The notes under the pieces are model-generated. The model ran no database searches. It saw nothing but the letters and a program-made list of their open reading frames with translations, and had not been told where the DNA came from. A DNA stretch of 64,000 bases from Callorhinchus milii. Taxonomy: Eukaryota. Of this stretch, positions 1 through 11,157 are shown in pieces (positions within the stretch are counted from its first letter, which is position 1; every line of letters begins with the position of its first letter). The stretch is taken from the NCBI RefSeq assembly GCF_018977255.1, contig NW_024704767.1, positions 7,316,001 to 7,380,000 of the forward strand, read 5' to 3'. Position numbers and translations under genes: made by a program.

Positions 1-350
1 TGTACTTGGATATGTAAACTGTCCTGTGATCCATTTAAATATATCAAATGCAAAGGCATCAAATGTGAATGGTTTCTCCATGGTTCAATGTGATGATTTT
101 AGAAGCATTTTAGTTTGGAATACTCATCACATTTTTTTCCTTTTTGTATTGCAAGTTTGTATTAGTTTTGTGCGATTGTGGGCCAGTTATCAACCTTGAC
201 ACTGACAAAGAAATGGTCCCCGTTCTATTTAAATAATTTATACACTGCACTGTCAGATTTGTCTGTGTATGTATATCTATATATGTACTGCTTACATAAT
301 GCTAGCAATATGGATCCAAGCAAGCATGAAATTGCATTTGTTCATTACAG

Positions 351-484
351 AGACAACCTCAGGGCTCTTTACAGAGGGGATACTCAAAGAGTCTTCAACT
401 GTAAAAGGCGTATTAGACCCTCGAGATCTAGCATTGCCTCCTGGATGTGTTTCACTGGCTACCAGGCTGCCCATGTCTGTTTAG
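351..484 (+). CDS. STRA6: STRA6 coding exon (DNLRALYRG...AAHVCL)
   Basis: ttacag acceptor, gtaact donor; peptide resembles human NLRALHRG...WMSFSAYQTAFICLG. Confidence 0.9.
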
Positions 485-658
485 GTAACTGGTTGTGGAC
501 ACTCTGATTAATGTAATGAGTCCTGTAGTTGATGAACTTCCACTTTAACTTAGAAAACTTGTCACCCTTTTGCTTATTTCCATGCGCCCTCCCACCCCAC
601 ACCCCCACAGTCACTGTCTGAAGTATACATTCACATTTTCTTTGTCCCTCCAGAATAT

Positions 659-1680
659 ATGTTCCCCCTTGGTGACATCATCTGCAGACATGGGGTTAAC
701 TTCCACATGTATGCGGATGACCTTTCCTCCTCTACCCTCAACTCCACGACCACCGATGTCCTGACAGCCTACCTGTCTGACATCGAGTCCTGGCCGAGAG
801 ACAACTTTCTTCAGCTCAATGTGCATAAAACTGAGGCCCTCCTGATTGGCTCGAGTCAGCACCTCCACACCTCAGGCGCTGACAGCATCAGCATCCAAGG
901 CTGCACTCTCCACCTCTCAAAGCCAGTCAGGAACCTAGGTGTTCTGTTCGACCCTGAGTTTCCTTTCTCCCCCATATCCGCGCCACAACTGGCACCGCCT
1001 TCCATCACTTCCGGAACGTCGCAAGACTACGGCACTACCTCACCCCTCACGCTGCTGAAACTCTGGTCCATGCCTTTATCACCTCAAGGCTGGACTATGG
1101 GAACTCTCTCCTTGCCGGCCTTCCCGGTATCTCCCTCCACAAGCTGTAGGTCATTCAGAACTCTGCAGCTCGTGTACTGTCCCGTACCAGGCTTCAGGAC
1201 CACATCACTCCCACCCTCGCTCGCCTCCACTGGCTCCCCATCCCCCAGAGGATCGAATTCAAAATCCTCATCCTCGCCTACAAGGCCATTCACGGCCTTG
1301 CTCTCTCCGACCTATTATCCCCCTATCTACCTGCCCATACCCTCCGTTCCTCTGGCTCCGGTCTGCTCCACATCCCCCGCCCCAACCCCCCTACCATCGG
1401 TGGCCGGGCCTTCAGCCTCTCAGCCCCGAGGCTCTGGAACTCTATTCCCCAGTGCCTTCGCCTTACTTCCTCCCTTTCCTCCTTCAAGGCCGGTCTCAAG
1501 ACCTTTCTCTTTGACCGTGCCTTCAGCTCCCCTCTCAACTCTCTACCCCCTCCTCGCTCCCTCCCTTCCCTCCCCTCACCCTGACCACTTCCCCCCTGCT
1601 CGGGTCCTGATCCAACTGTACAGCACTTTGGGACGTCCTCCCGACATGAAAGGCGCTCTATAAATGGAATCTTGTTGTTT
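659..1680 (+). mobile_element. 5'-truncated L2-clade LINE (RT C-terminal part plus 3' UTR) in a STRA6 intron
   Basis: HMYADD, FLQLN, VRNLGV, SRLDY, LHWLP motifs across frameshifts and stops; ends ggcgctctataaatggaatc(ttg)n. Confidence 0.92.
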
Positions 1681-2131
1681 TTTGAGTTTAAATAGTTAAT
1701 GTTTAAAATCGTATTGATTATTGCCTGCAGATTTCAAATTCTGAAAATTAATAGTTACTGAAATTTTATTTTAGCAAATTGTAAGGTGTGTGTGCTTGTG
1801 TATTGTATTTTTTTATGTAAAATGTACATATATTCAAGATTCCCTCTGCTTGCTTATTCTAAATGCTCTTGATTCAACTGTGTCTGCATTTTCTATTATA
1901 ACTTTTTGTTATTTAATGTAATAGCTTCAGAATAGAATCTATTTGCTACTTTATGCTATTATTTTCCTGATTCATTTCAGTCATGACCTTCTGGGAAATA
2001 CCTAAGGTAAATGCATGTTCAGCATAGTTGGGTAGTCTTATTTAATTTGCAATGTGTAACTTTCAATAAGCTGTTGTCTGGTGAAATCTGTAGTTGTGTA
2101 TTCTTATTCTTTTCATCTCTCCGTTTTTTAG

Positions 2132-2249
2132 GTCTTGTCATTCAACAAATAGTAATCTTTCTTTGTTTCCTGCTATTTGCTTTTCTCATCGTCATTCCCA
2201 TTCTCACTGGCCAAAACATGATCATCTTCCAAATCCTGGAGAGAATGTG
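2132..2249 (+). CDS. STRA6: STRA6 coding exon (GLVIQQIVIFLCF...ERMW), transmembrane
   Basis: tttttag acceptor, gtgagt donor, phase continues from previous exon. Confidence 0.92.
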
Positions 2250-2370
2250 GTGAGTAATGTTACTTATTGGAGAGGGAGAGAGAGAATTAAATTTTTAAAT
2301 GGAACTTCTTGATCTATCATTACATGGGGAATATTGTGATCCATATTTGTTTTTTCTCTTATTTTTAAAG

Positions 2371-2472
2371 GCCATTCTGGTTAACGCTAATTCTGATAGT
2401 CTTACTCCAACATATGTTGGCTCGTTTCATTTTCCTTCAGAAAAATGGAGAAACATTCAGTGTCACAAATAG
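2371..2472 (+). CDS. STRA6: STRA6 coding exon (PFWLTLILIVLLQHMLARF...VTN)
   Basis: tttaaag acceptor, gtatgg donor; WPFWLT motif spans the junction. Confidence 0.92.
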   Translation, partial: AILVNANSDSLTPTYVGSFHFPSEKWRNIQCHK

Positions 2473-2585
2473 GTATGGAATAAATATCCTATCTTATATT
2501 TGAAAGCTGAACAGGAAACTACCTAAAATGGGTGTGTGCACATGGAATATTTCACAATGCATTTCAATTCTTCTGTTCTTCTCAG

Positions 2586-2749
2586 ACGAACACTCTACAT
2601 CTTCACCTACCTTCTATTCACATTCAATGTGCTGATAGGAGTTATTGCTGCGGTTTGGCGTTTGGTTCTTACGGCACTCTTCAATGTTATCCATTTCTGT
2701 CGACTGGACCTTGGGCTGCTCAATCGTGGGGTTGAGATGTTTGACCCAG
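2586..2749 (+). CDS. STRA6: STRA6 coding exon (RTLYIFTYLLFTFNVLIG...FDP)
   Basis: tctcag acceptor, gtaacg donor; conserved NVLIG and DPG. Confidence 0.93.
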
Positions 2750-3400
2750 GTAACGTTATAGTCTCTACCATCAGTGCTCTGTTATATGATGGAATCGCTG
2801 ATATTGCAGTGAATAGTCATGATTCTCTGCAATAAAACAAATGCATGTACTGTACAAAATGCCTTTGATTTACATGGAAAGTGGGTAGAGGAGCTAACAC
2901 TAATACAATAGATTAAATGGCCTCCAACTGTGTAATTTCCATGGTAAATTGTAACTAATGGGATTTTATCCCGTTTTGTGACTGTAAAGAATCCTGGATT
3001 TTCTCACTCCATGAATTGTGTAACTTGCTCCAAGGCGACTAGAGATTCTGTTCTTGAACTGACCAACCATTAGGAAATTGGTAAATGTTCCTGAGGAGGA
3101 TTTATAATTTATCCCATTGCTTTTTCACCCCCCAACTCCATTGCATTTCCTGTGTGAAAGTGCCTGTGCCATCCACCTCCGTTCCCCTTTTTTCCAACAT
3201 CTTTTCCACACCCACCCTGCAAATATTTTAGTCACTGGGAAGGTCAAGAAATATAAATATAAGAATAATTCTTGTACTTGAAATAGTGCATTTCACATTG
3301 GTAGGTCACCCGCAAGCGTTTCACAAATTTATATAGTGACTACTTTTGTAGGAAATACCTGCGTGTATCAATAGTTAATCCTTTTTCCCCCCTAACCCAG

Positions 3401-3538
3401 GTTACTATTCTTATACCAATTTCCTCAAGACTGAAGTCAGCCAGTCACATCCGGTCATGAAGGCTTTCTGTTCCCTCCTGCTTCATTCCCGAAGATCTGA
3501 GCGAGGTGGTGGTCATCAAAGCAAAGATGTAGAGGAAG
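3401..3538 (+). CDS. STRA6: STRA6 coding exon ([23 protein letters not shown]...EE)
   Basis: acccag acceptor, gttagt donor; EVSQSHP motif. Confidence 0.93.
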
Positions 3539-3584
3539 GTTAGTTATGCTATCATGGAGGACAAAAGCTGGAAATCTAATGGAG

Positions 3585-3830
3585 AAACTTAATCCTGATC
3601 TCCTACTTTAAAGATCCCATGGCATTGTTTGAAACGAGAAGGATGTTTCTCTCAGTGATCTGGCCTACAGTCTCCCTGATAGAATTGGTCATTCACTTCA
3701 TGGCTGCTTGAGGGACCTTTGCTGTTGGCAACCATATTTGCCCACAAAATACACAATCACTACATTTCATACTAAATTCTGTGAAGCTCTTTGAGATGAG
3801 CTCCCAAGTGAGGCACTGTGTTGCATCGAG
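3585..3830 (+). mobile_element. Degenerate Deu-domain SINE fragment
   Basis: aaagatcccatggca...gaagg...ctggcc and tail tctgtgaagctctttgaga, shared with copies at ~36020, 41820, 63040. Confidence 0.6.
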
Positions 3831-4103
3831 GCATTAGGGTTATAAAGTGTATTTTGTTCCCTGGTAATCCTCTCGCTCACAGATTTGACTTTTTTTGCTT
3901 TGCTCTTAAATGTCACTTTCTAGCATTTTATAATATAAGTGGATTGAACCAATGCCTTAAAAGGGCAGCATTTCCCAAACCTGTCATTATAGTATTCCAG
4001 AACCTATACATAAAAGGGAAAGTGTCCATTAGCCTAATTTGTGTGAAGAGGAAATTTCAGTGTCTGATCATGATCTAATTGTGGATTTTCTCACCACTTC
4101 AAG

Positions 4104-4333
4104 GGATTCAACTGATGCAAACTGACCACAAATACACAAAAGCAGCCAGATCCAAACGGGTAAAAGCAAAGTGGTGCTTGCTGTTCACTCTACTGAACAA
4201 TCCTTCACTAGTCGATGCCAGAAGGTCCATTGGTCACTTGTCTACAGATATGGTCTTGAATGGGAAATTGAGCCTCTCCCCCAAGGACAGTAAAGATGAA
4301 CTTGATAAACCTGAGGCATGTGGAAGTGAATAG
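4104..4333 (+). CDS. STRA6: STRA6 last coding exon (IQLMQ...KWCLLFTLLNNPSL...GSE*)
   Basis: ttcaag acceptor, TAG at 4331-4333, AATAAA at 4513-4518; calmodulin-binding-type C-terminal helix. Confidence 0.92.
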
Positions 4334-5787
4334 GCTGATGTAGATCTGAGCTTTCATTGCACCTAATCTAGACAGCAAGGTCAGTCGTGCTACGTTTTCC
4401 CTTCTCACCATTTTGGTTATTGGTTTCACTTACTAACATAAAGTATTTGTCTAAATACACTGAAATACCTGCTCAAATAACCAGGAACCATTTAGAGCCA
4501 AGACTGCACAAGAATAAAAACAAATTAACATGCATGAAGTCAGTTTGTGAGTGCCTATTTCTTATTTTTTAATATTAAATCTATGAATTGAACACAACAG
4601 TTCAGCAAAATGCTACTTTAAAGTTATAGTGTCCCTCCAGTTACACAATGAAGATGAACAATCTCAAAAGTAGGCCATCTTGGAGGGAAGAGAAAAGATT
4701 TTTGTGTTTAACTATTTTGAAAACCAAGGCATTTACATTTGTTGACATCTGGTCTGTGCTGCCTGGTGGCTGCTAATAGCAGGTGTGTGAAGTCTGCCAT
4801 CTGTCACTCCTATGTACTGGGACACTTGTTGATTCTGATATTCTGTATCAACAAAAGTCAAACGTGCGCGGAAGTGAATTGCTGGACCCCTCCTTCCACA
4901 CGTACTTGCTAATTTATTTGATGTGAAACTATTTTGCCTGCAACGACAAACGAGACCACCAATTTGTTGAATAGAAACTGAGTTGATGTAATTTGAATAT
5001 GTACTTAGCAGAAAGAGTAAAAATGAGTTATGGTGTTTTGATTGGATGTCTTTAAAAATGTGGTGTACACTGAGATGCAAACCTAATCTATAAAGCTGCA
5101 TGCATTTCAATTCCATGTAGGTATATAACAATATTTTTTTCTTGTACTGCAAGATACAGTATATCTAATGAGCATAGCTTTTTTGGTGAGCTTAAAGGGA
5201 CATCCTTTTAAATTTAAAAATAAGATCTTTATAAACCAGCTTCTTGCCATGTAACCAAAATAATCATTGGAGAAGCCTGCAGTAACACATCAAATTAAAT
5301 GCACTGACAGCATTTTGCAAACCCCATCCTGTATTATTGTCTACATACAGTAATTTACCAAGTAATGTTGTACTTGGAATCAGGACTTTTGTATGGGACT
5401 TCTATGCTTGGATATTGTTTCATCCTTGCCCCACTTTACCAATCTTTTCACATTTGGATTTAGATACATTATTTGTGTTTTTTTAAATCTGGACAGAAAC
5501 GAAGAAGAAACATGACTTTTTTTAAATGTCATAACTTGTGAAGAATTGCCTGACTAGAAATTGTATAATTGTACACAGTTTCCAATGTTTAGTTCATACG
5601 AGAACATTTGAATAGATTATGTGTGCACTTGAGTAAATAATATTTGAAATTGTGGATTTTCTATGGAAGTAAAACCTTGCATCTTTTAAAGATCAGTTAA
5701 TCCTGAAACATCCAGATGTGTTTATTTTCTTAACCCCTGGCCTGAAGATTGAACATTCCCCTAAATATTATACATTGTTAAGATTGG

Positions 5788-6156
5788 ATGTAGCTCAGTG
5801 ACTAGAGCACTCTAATGCAAAAGAGAGACTTCAGTTTGATTCCTGGCAGGGCGAATGTTGGGCAAGTTTCCTTACTCCACACACCTCTGTTTACCTATCA
5901 GTATGTAGGAACCTGGTTGTTAGTCAATTGGCTGATCATTTTTCCAGGGGTAATAATTTCTTCAAAAAAATAACAATAATAAATTGGTCACTCAATCCAT
6001 GGCTCTTTATGGGACACTGCTGTGTGAAATTGGCTTCTGCGATTCGCCCACAAAATATGCAGTCAATTCACTTTATAGTACATTCTGTGAAGTGCTTTGA
6101 GATGTCTCGAAGACTTGATAAGGCACTATATCAAATGCAAGGATTATTATTATTAT
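5788..6156 (+). mobile_element. tRNA-headed SINE with L2-type tail (family A), near full length
   Basis: A box gtagctcagtg, B-box-like gtttgattcc, body gggacactgctgtg..ttggct, tail atcaaatgcaagga(tta)n. Confidence 0.88.
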
Positions 6157-7424
6157 ATGTGTCCAATCCATACCTATGATAGACCATTGGGAGACCATTT
6201 GCCATTGCTGCATCTGTGTGTGCGTCTATGCTTAAATGGAGGTTTTTTTATTAATAGCACTTCAGCTGTTTCCTTAATGTTACCTCTCAAGTGTTCAACC
6301 AGATCCCCATAGTGATTTCCATTGATTCAGACTCAATAGTCAATTGTAACAATAAACCCCACATGGTAATGGCCATCTGAGTGAAGAAATTCCTTCTAAC
6401 CTTATCTATTGCACACTTCCTCTGTGTTATAAGAAAGCTAACAAAAGCCCAAGGTATATTTTATTTCCCTTCTAACCTCTCTCTCCTCCTCCCCTGTGTG
6501 GTGAGGCACTTGTCATGTGCCCACTGTGGCTTTCTCAGCAGCTAAAACTATAGCTTAAGAGGTAATGTGTCCATTATATCATTTGAGAGGGGAGCGAGAT
6601 AGCAGATATGTCTCATTGTTTGTGGTTTCTGAGCTACTTTGCTAACTGAACTGATCCCCAATGGGCAAGATCACTGCAGCAAGAGGAGGAATTAAACTTA
6701 TTTTAAAAAAATCACGAAACGAATTGCATTCATTTCATTCTTAACGCTGTGTGTCCATTTCTATAATTGATTGATTAATTCTGTACGGAGAGGAGAAGAG
6801 TTAACTTAAAATTCCCCACGTGGAAATAAATATGTGTATACTGTATACACATAAGGTCTAGGAGTTTTAAAGGTTAACTAGTTTAAAGTACTGAGAAGCG
6901 ACCTTAATTTATATTCATTTGCCAGCGCTGTTCTTGCCTGTAGGCCAAGCTATAGAAAGATGTGCTGGAAAGAGACAGCATGTTTCAGAGCAATAGACAT
7001 TCTCAGCTGGAAAGAGGGGGAGAAAGACTCATCACTAGCGGCGTTTCGAGTCGGGGGAATTCCTATTGATGGCGTGAGATTGCTGGGAGCAGCTGAAAGG
7101 AATACCCTGGAGGTGCTGTGGGGTTGGGGAGGCAGGAGCTGTGGGGAATGGGAGAACAGAAACCAACACAGAATTTCCAACCAACGCTGGCATCACAGAC
7201 CAGGAGGTCACCCGACTTCTTCATCGATGTGGGATGCGCTTGGCTTACGGACCTATCTACTGTGCTGTGCACGTTGTCCAGATATGAAACCTAAAATAGG
7301 CACATTATTGCGATACAATTCTATACCAAAAATACTGTAAAAAGCATTTCAGAAAAGATCAGGTTATACAATGGTGGTAAAGGGTCCCTCAAAACGTTCT
7401 TGCTTCTCTTCGACACATAGACTC

Positions 7425-7690
7425 GTGCTGGGATATAGCTTCCCAGTCACCCTCCTCTACCTCACTCAAGTGACCAGTCTTCAATGAGAGAAAACCTGCA
7501 TTGTAAATGTCAGTACTCTGTTGATCCCATCCTCACCGACCTGAAAGCATAGGCACGTTAATTAGAAAATGTGGTGATGGGGTGGGGACCGAGGCTGGTC
7601 TTTTCTACTCCAATCCTAATTGTAGCTCATGGCTGAGATCTTATTTTATCTTTTCTCAATGCAATCCAGCCATTGAACCTGACGCCATCC
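7425..7690 (-). mobile_element. Old SINE-like repeat (family B), degenerate
   Basis: Reverse-strand similarity to 18225-18600 (gatcccatcctcaccgac, gctgagatc). Confidence 0.45.
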
Positions 7691-8857
7691 AAGCCCGAAT
7701 GGCTCCGTTTCATGATCATCGGCTTTGACCTACTGTGGAAGATGGATACTGGAATATGTGGATTAGATTTAGTTATGGGGATAAACCACAACTGATGATG
7801 CTGATAACTGATTAAGATTTTAATCTATTTCATAGATTCTAAAATGTAGAATAGATCGAACTCTAGGATTTGATGTGGAACCCGACATTCTTCTTTCATT
7901 GCGGGGGGTGACCTGTTTTATGAATATTTTTGTTGAATGTTGGTTACTGTTTGTGAGATTAACAGTGGTCTAAATCTCTAAACTACAGCACATGACACGA
8001 AGAAAGATCGTCAGAATCCGCGTTGGATTTTAGTTATTTAAAAAGAAACAACACTTCAGACGTGTATTTCGAATACTTTCCTTTTAATTGACTGAACACG
8101 TACATAAACGAGTATCAAAAAAGCCCGGTTGTTGTTGCCAGGTTTGGGGATGGAATGAAGTCAGTCGGACCAGAAACGAGCGCTAGAAACCCACAAGTTG
8201 ACTGTTATTGGTAGCACGACAATGGTTTGATGTTTCCTTACACAAAATGCACCTCGTAACGGGACTTAAACAAGAACTTTACATAAACCGACCGATGCAA
8301 CAACACATTGAGTATCTCAACACGGCGAACGTCTGTCTGTTCCGCACCATTCGTAATGTAAAATATTTGCAGGAACCTTACCGTATATAAACATTGACGG
8401 ATACATACACCGCATGGCTACAACTCTTCACTATATTAATATCCGGAATATGCACACATTTTAAAAGGGGTTGGGAATGGGGGGGGGGGGGGTATTTTTG
8501 ACCGGTGGACATGCCAAAAGACACGATTGTCTAAAAAGTAATAAACAATTTTATAAATTGAGTCCCAAAAGCAGCAATAGATTTCAAAACGTTGTAACAA
8601 ATATTCCAGAGCGCTATTTTAGCACGACTCAAAAAGGCTGTCTTTTGCAGAGCAGGTGAGCTGGATGTTCTCTCTCTCCCTCTCCAGCACCACACAGTCG
8701 GTGGTGGCATCGCATATTCCACGTTAAACCCTCCGATCCAGGCGCTGCTGTCAATCACCAGCAACATTCCTGGGATCTGGAAAAGCGTGGCAGCGATTGG
8801 GAATCAATCCACGGGGTTGTATACTATAATTCACTGCTTGTTTGTGTGGGATGTCTC

Positions 8858-8897
8858 AGTGTGTGTGTGTGTGTGTATGTGTGTGTGTGTGTGTGCG
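8858..8897. repeat. (TG)n microsatellite in the ISLR2 3' UTR
   Basis: direct reading. Confidence 0.95.
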
Positions 8898-8922
8898 TAT
8901 TTGACTGTTTGGTAGTGACTGA

Positions 8923-10932
8923 TCAACGCACCGGTTGCCTATAGTTGCCGTTGATTTCCGGGGAGATGTTGACAGCTTCTGCCCCCAGAGGTAACCGATC
9001 GCTGTACTCCGAGCAAGCCTCGAATTCTTCAGGGTTGGCTTTCGTCTGGGACACGGGGACAGACTCTGCCACCACACTCTCCTCCCCGACCTCGCTGGGG
9101 TTGTAGATCTTCTCCGACCCCTGGAAGGACGCGCTTGGGTCGAAGGTACAGGGCGCGTTCTGGTGCAGGCTTTCGGGCGGTTGGGTTTTCATGATGAGTT
9201 TGTAGGTTTTGCCTCGGTATTTGTACATCAAATGGCAGCAAGTGGCTGCCACCAGCGGGATGGTGGCCAGGCCCAGGAGGAAGGAGCTGACTATGATCAT
9301 GATGAGCAGAGATGGGATCTTCCTTCTGGTGCTGAAGACCACTTGCACTTGGCAGTCTTGCCCGGTGTAGGTCAGGCAAAGCGTATAATTGGAGCCTGGG
9401 TTCAAGCCCTGGAATCGGTAAGAATTCACCCCACTTTCGATCATGGACCATTGGACAACCGTGGCCGCTTTCCCCCCCTGCTCGGCGCACAGGTAGAGCA
9501 TTTCCAGGCTGATTTTGTCCGGGGCCGTTTGGAATGGGGTCAACTGGACCTTAGCGTCGGTCTCCGTCACTTCCAAGGCGATGATCCCGTAGTCGAAGGT
9601 GTGTTGCTTCATCTCCGAGCTCCGGTTGAAGGCGTGGTTGGTGATGTAGTGACTGCCCTGGCTCTTGCTACAGTTCTTGGCCACGGGAGGCAAGAAGACG
9701 GCGTTGCGTTCGGTTCCTTGACCCGGGAAGCTCCGAGCCGTTGCTGGGCTGATCCGCTGACCCTTCTGTCCCGGTTTGGCCCAGCTAATGGCGTTGTTCT
9801 TAGGCAGCTTTAGCCCGGGTTTGCGCTCGCCCGGTTGGCTTGGGATGCGCTCCTGGATGTAGGTGGGCTCGCGTTTGGGGGAAGCGGTCACCGCTACGTT
9901 CAGAGTAGAGCGGTTACTCCCAATCTCGTTGGTGGCCAGGCAGGTGTACGCTCCTTCCTCGTACTTGGTCAGGTGAGGGATAACGAGAGTACCGTTTTTC
10001 AACACCACGAAACGATCGCGAACTTCCTTGCGGTTTTCCAGCAGTAACTCATTTCTCTCCGGCTCCACGTTGGCGTCGTTGAGTTCAATCTCCTTGTTGG
10101 CGGTCTGGATTTTCCATCTGATCACGGGCACCGGGCTCCCCGTGGCGTTGCAGTGCATGGTCAAGGCGTAGCCTTCGTACAGTTCGCCCTTCTCGTTGCT
10201 CGCTTGGTAAGTCAGATGCACGAGGGGAGCTATACATTGCATGTCCGGTAGCTCCACCACCGGGGTCCCCTTGAACTCCTCGGGAGCCGAGCACACAATG
10301 TCCTTTTGCTCTGGGATGGAAATCAGGGCTTGGTCGATCCAACCCTTCAACCACTGGAGGTTGCAGGTGCAAGAGAAGGGGTTACTGTAGATTTGCAGAT
10401 GGGACAGCGAGCTTAAGGAGTCAAAGGTGCCCTCCCAAATGGTGTGGAACTTGTTGCTGTTGATGCGCAGCGAACGCAATTCTTTGAGGGTGGAGAAGGC
10501 ATCCCTGGAAAGGTGCACCATGTAATTGTTGTTCATCTTTAGCAACTGCAAAGCAGTCAGGTTGTACAGATCCTCCCAGGGGAAATCCACTATCTGGTTG
10601 TGGCTGATGTCAAGGTTCTTGAGCTGTAACAGGACGGTCAGGCTCCCCTTCTCGATCTTCCTGATCTCATTGTGGGCCAACCAGAGGGATGTCACCTGAG
10701 TGACCTCGGCGAAGTCGGCGCGCAGCAAGGACTTGATTTTGTTAGCGGAAAGGCTGAGGGTGGTCACGTTGGAAGGCAAACCGACCGGAACGGCCTGGAA
10801 GTTCTTGTAAGCGCAATCCGCGAACTGATTGAAGTATTTGTCCTGACAAACGCATGGTTCGGGACAGCCTCGCACACCCCATGGGCAGAAAACGTAGCCG
10901 ACGCTTATTACACACAGTAATTTCTCTAACAT
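8923..10932 (-). CDS. ISLR2: ISLR2 / Linx: signal peptide, LRRNT, LRRs, LRRCT, Ig domain, FN3-like region, TM helix, cytoplasmic tail (~669 aa)
   Basis: CPEPCVC LRRNT; NVTTLSLSANKI and LWLAHNEI LRRs; NPFSCTC LRRCT; EGAYTCLATNEIG Ig; TM LLIMIIVSSFLLGLATIPLVAATCC; C-terminal YSDRLPLGAEAVNI...EINGNYRQ typical of ISLR2 (ISLR lacks such a tail). Start placed at MLEKLL because a pyrimidine-rich acceptor (ttttacag) lies 9 nt upstream of that ATG. Confidence 0.93.
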   Translation of the reverse strand: MLEKLLCVISVGYVFCPWGVRGCPEPCVCQDKYFNQFADCAYKNFQAVPVGLPSNVTTLSLSANKIKSLLRADFAEVTQVTSLWLAHNEIRKIEKGSLTVLLQLKNLDISHNQIVDFPWEDLYNLTALQLLKMNNNYMVHLSRDAFSTLKELRSLRINSNKFHTIWEGTFDSLSSLSHLQIYSNPFSCTCNLQWLKGWIDQALISIPEQKDIVCSAPEEFKGTPVVELPDMQCIAPLVHLTYQASNEKGELYEGYALTMHCNATGSPVPVIRWKIQTANKEIELNDANVEPERNELLLENRKEVRDRFVVLKNGTLVIPHLTKYEEGAYTCLATNEIGSNRSTLNVAVTASPKREPTYIQERIPSQPGERKPGLKLPKNNAISWAKPGQKGQRISPATARSFPGQGTERNAVFLPPVAKNCSKSQGSHYITNHAFNRSSEMKQHTFDYGIIALEVTETDAKVQLTPFQTAPDKISLEMLYLCAEQGGKAATVVQWSMIESGVNSYRFQGLNPGSNYTLCLTYTGQDCQVQVVFSTRRKIPSLLIMIIVSSFLLGLATIPLVAATCCHLMYKYRGKTYKLIMKTQPPESLHQNAPCTFDPSASFQGSEKIYNPSEVGEESVVAESVPVSQTKANPEEFEACSEYSDRLPLGAEAVNISPEINGNYRQPVR

Positions 10933-11134
10933 CTTCGCCCTCTGTAAAAGTGAAAGAAAACGTGCAATGTTAAGGTTAGTTTTTACATCCTGTCCTTTCT
11001 TAGCTGTACTCACTATAACGACGGCTGCCGATGGAGATGTGAAGAGCCAATTCCCAGGCGGGTTTTCATTAGCCCAGCAATAATACATGCTGACATCCAA
11101 TTATAGTGCACACGCCAGCGAGCAGTGCACTGTG

Positions 11135-11157
11135 CACACACACACACACACACACAC
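11135..11157. repeat. (CA)n microsatellite
   Basis: direct reading. Confidence 0.9.

Larger units (their letters stand above)
351..4333 (+). other. STRA6: STRA6 gene, 3' part (RBP4 receptor / retinol transporter); 5' exons lie upstream of the window
   Basis: Six phase-consistent exons: 351-484, 2132-2249, 2371-2472, 2586-2749, 3401-3538, 4104-4333. Peptides [31 protein letters not shown] and WCLLFTLLNNPSL match the STRA6 C-terminal half. Confidence 0.95.

Noticed and set aside
659-1663. 334-aa ORF as a novel gene
   Set aside because: Frameshifted L2 ORF2 remnant; the Pro/Ser-rich part is an off-frame translation.
8682-8702. REST/NRSE-like tccagcaccacacag near ISLR2
   Set aside because: Only the left half-site matches; GGACAG half absent.
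9029-10920. Several overlapping or antisense ORFs within ISLR2 (e.g. 9163-9813, 216 aa)
   Set aside because: Shadows of GC-rich coding sequence; no recognisable domains.
10933-11100. 56-aa N-terminal extension of the 725-aa ISLR2 ORF
   Set aside because: Starts at TTG, crosses a clear splice acceptor at 10942 and would bury the signal peptide; intronic read-through.
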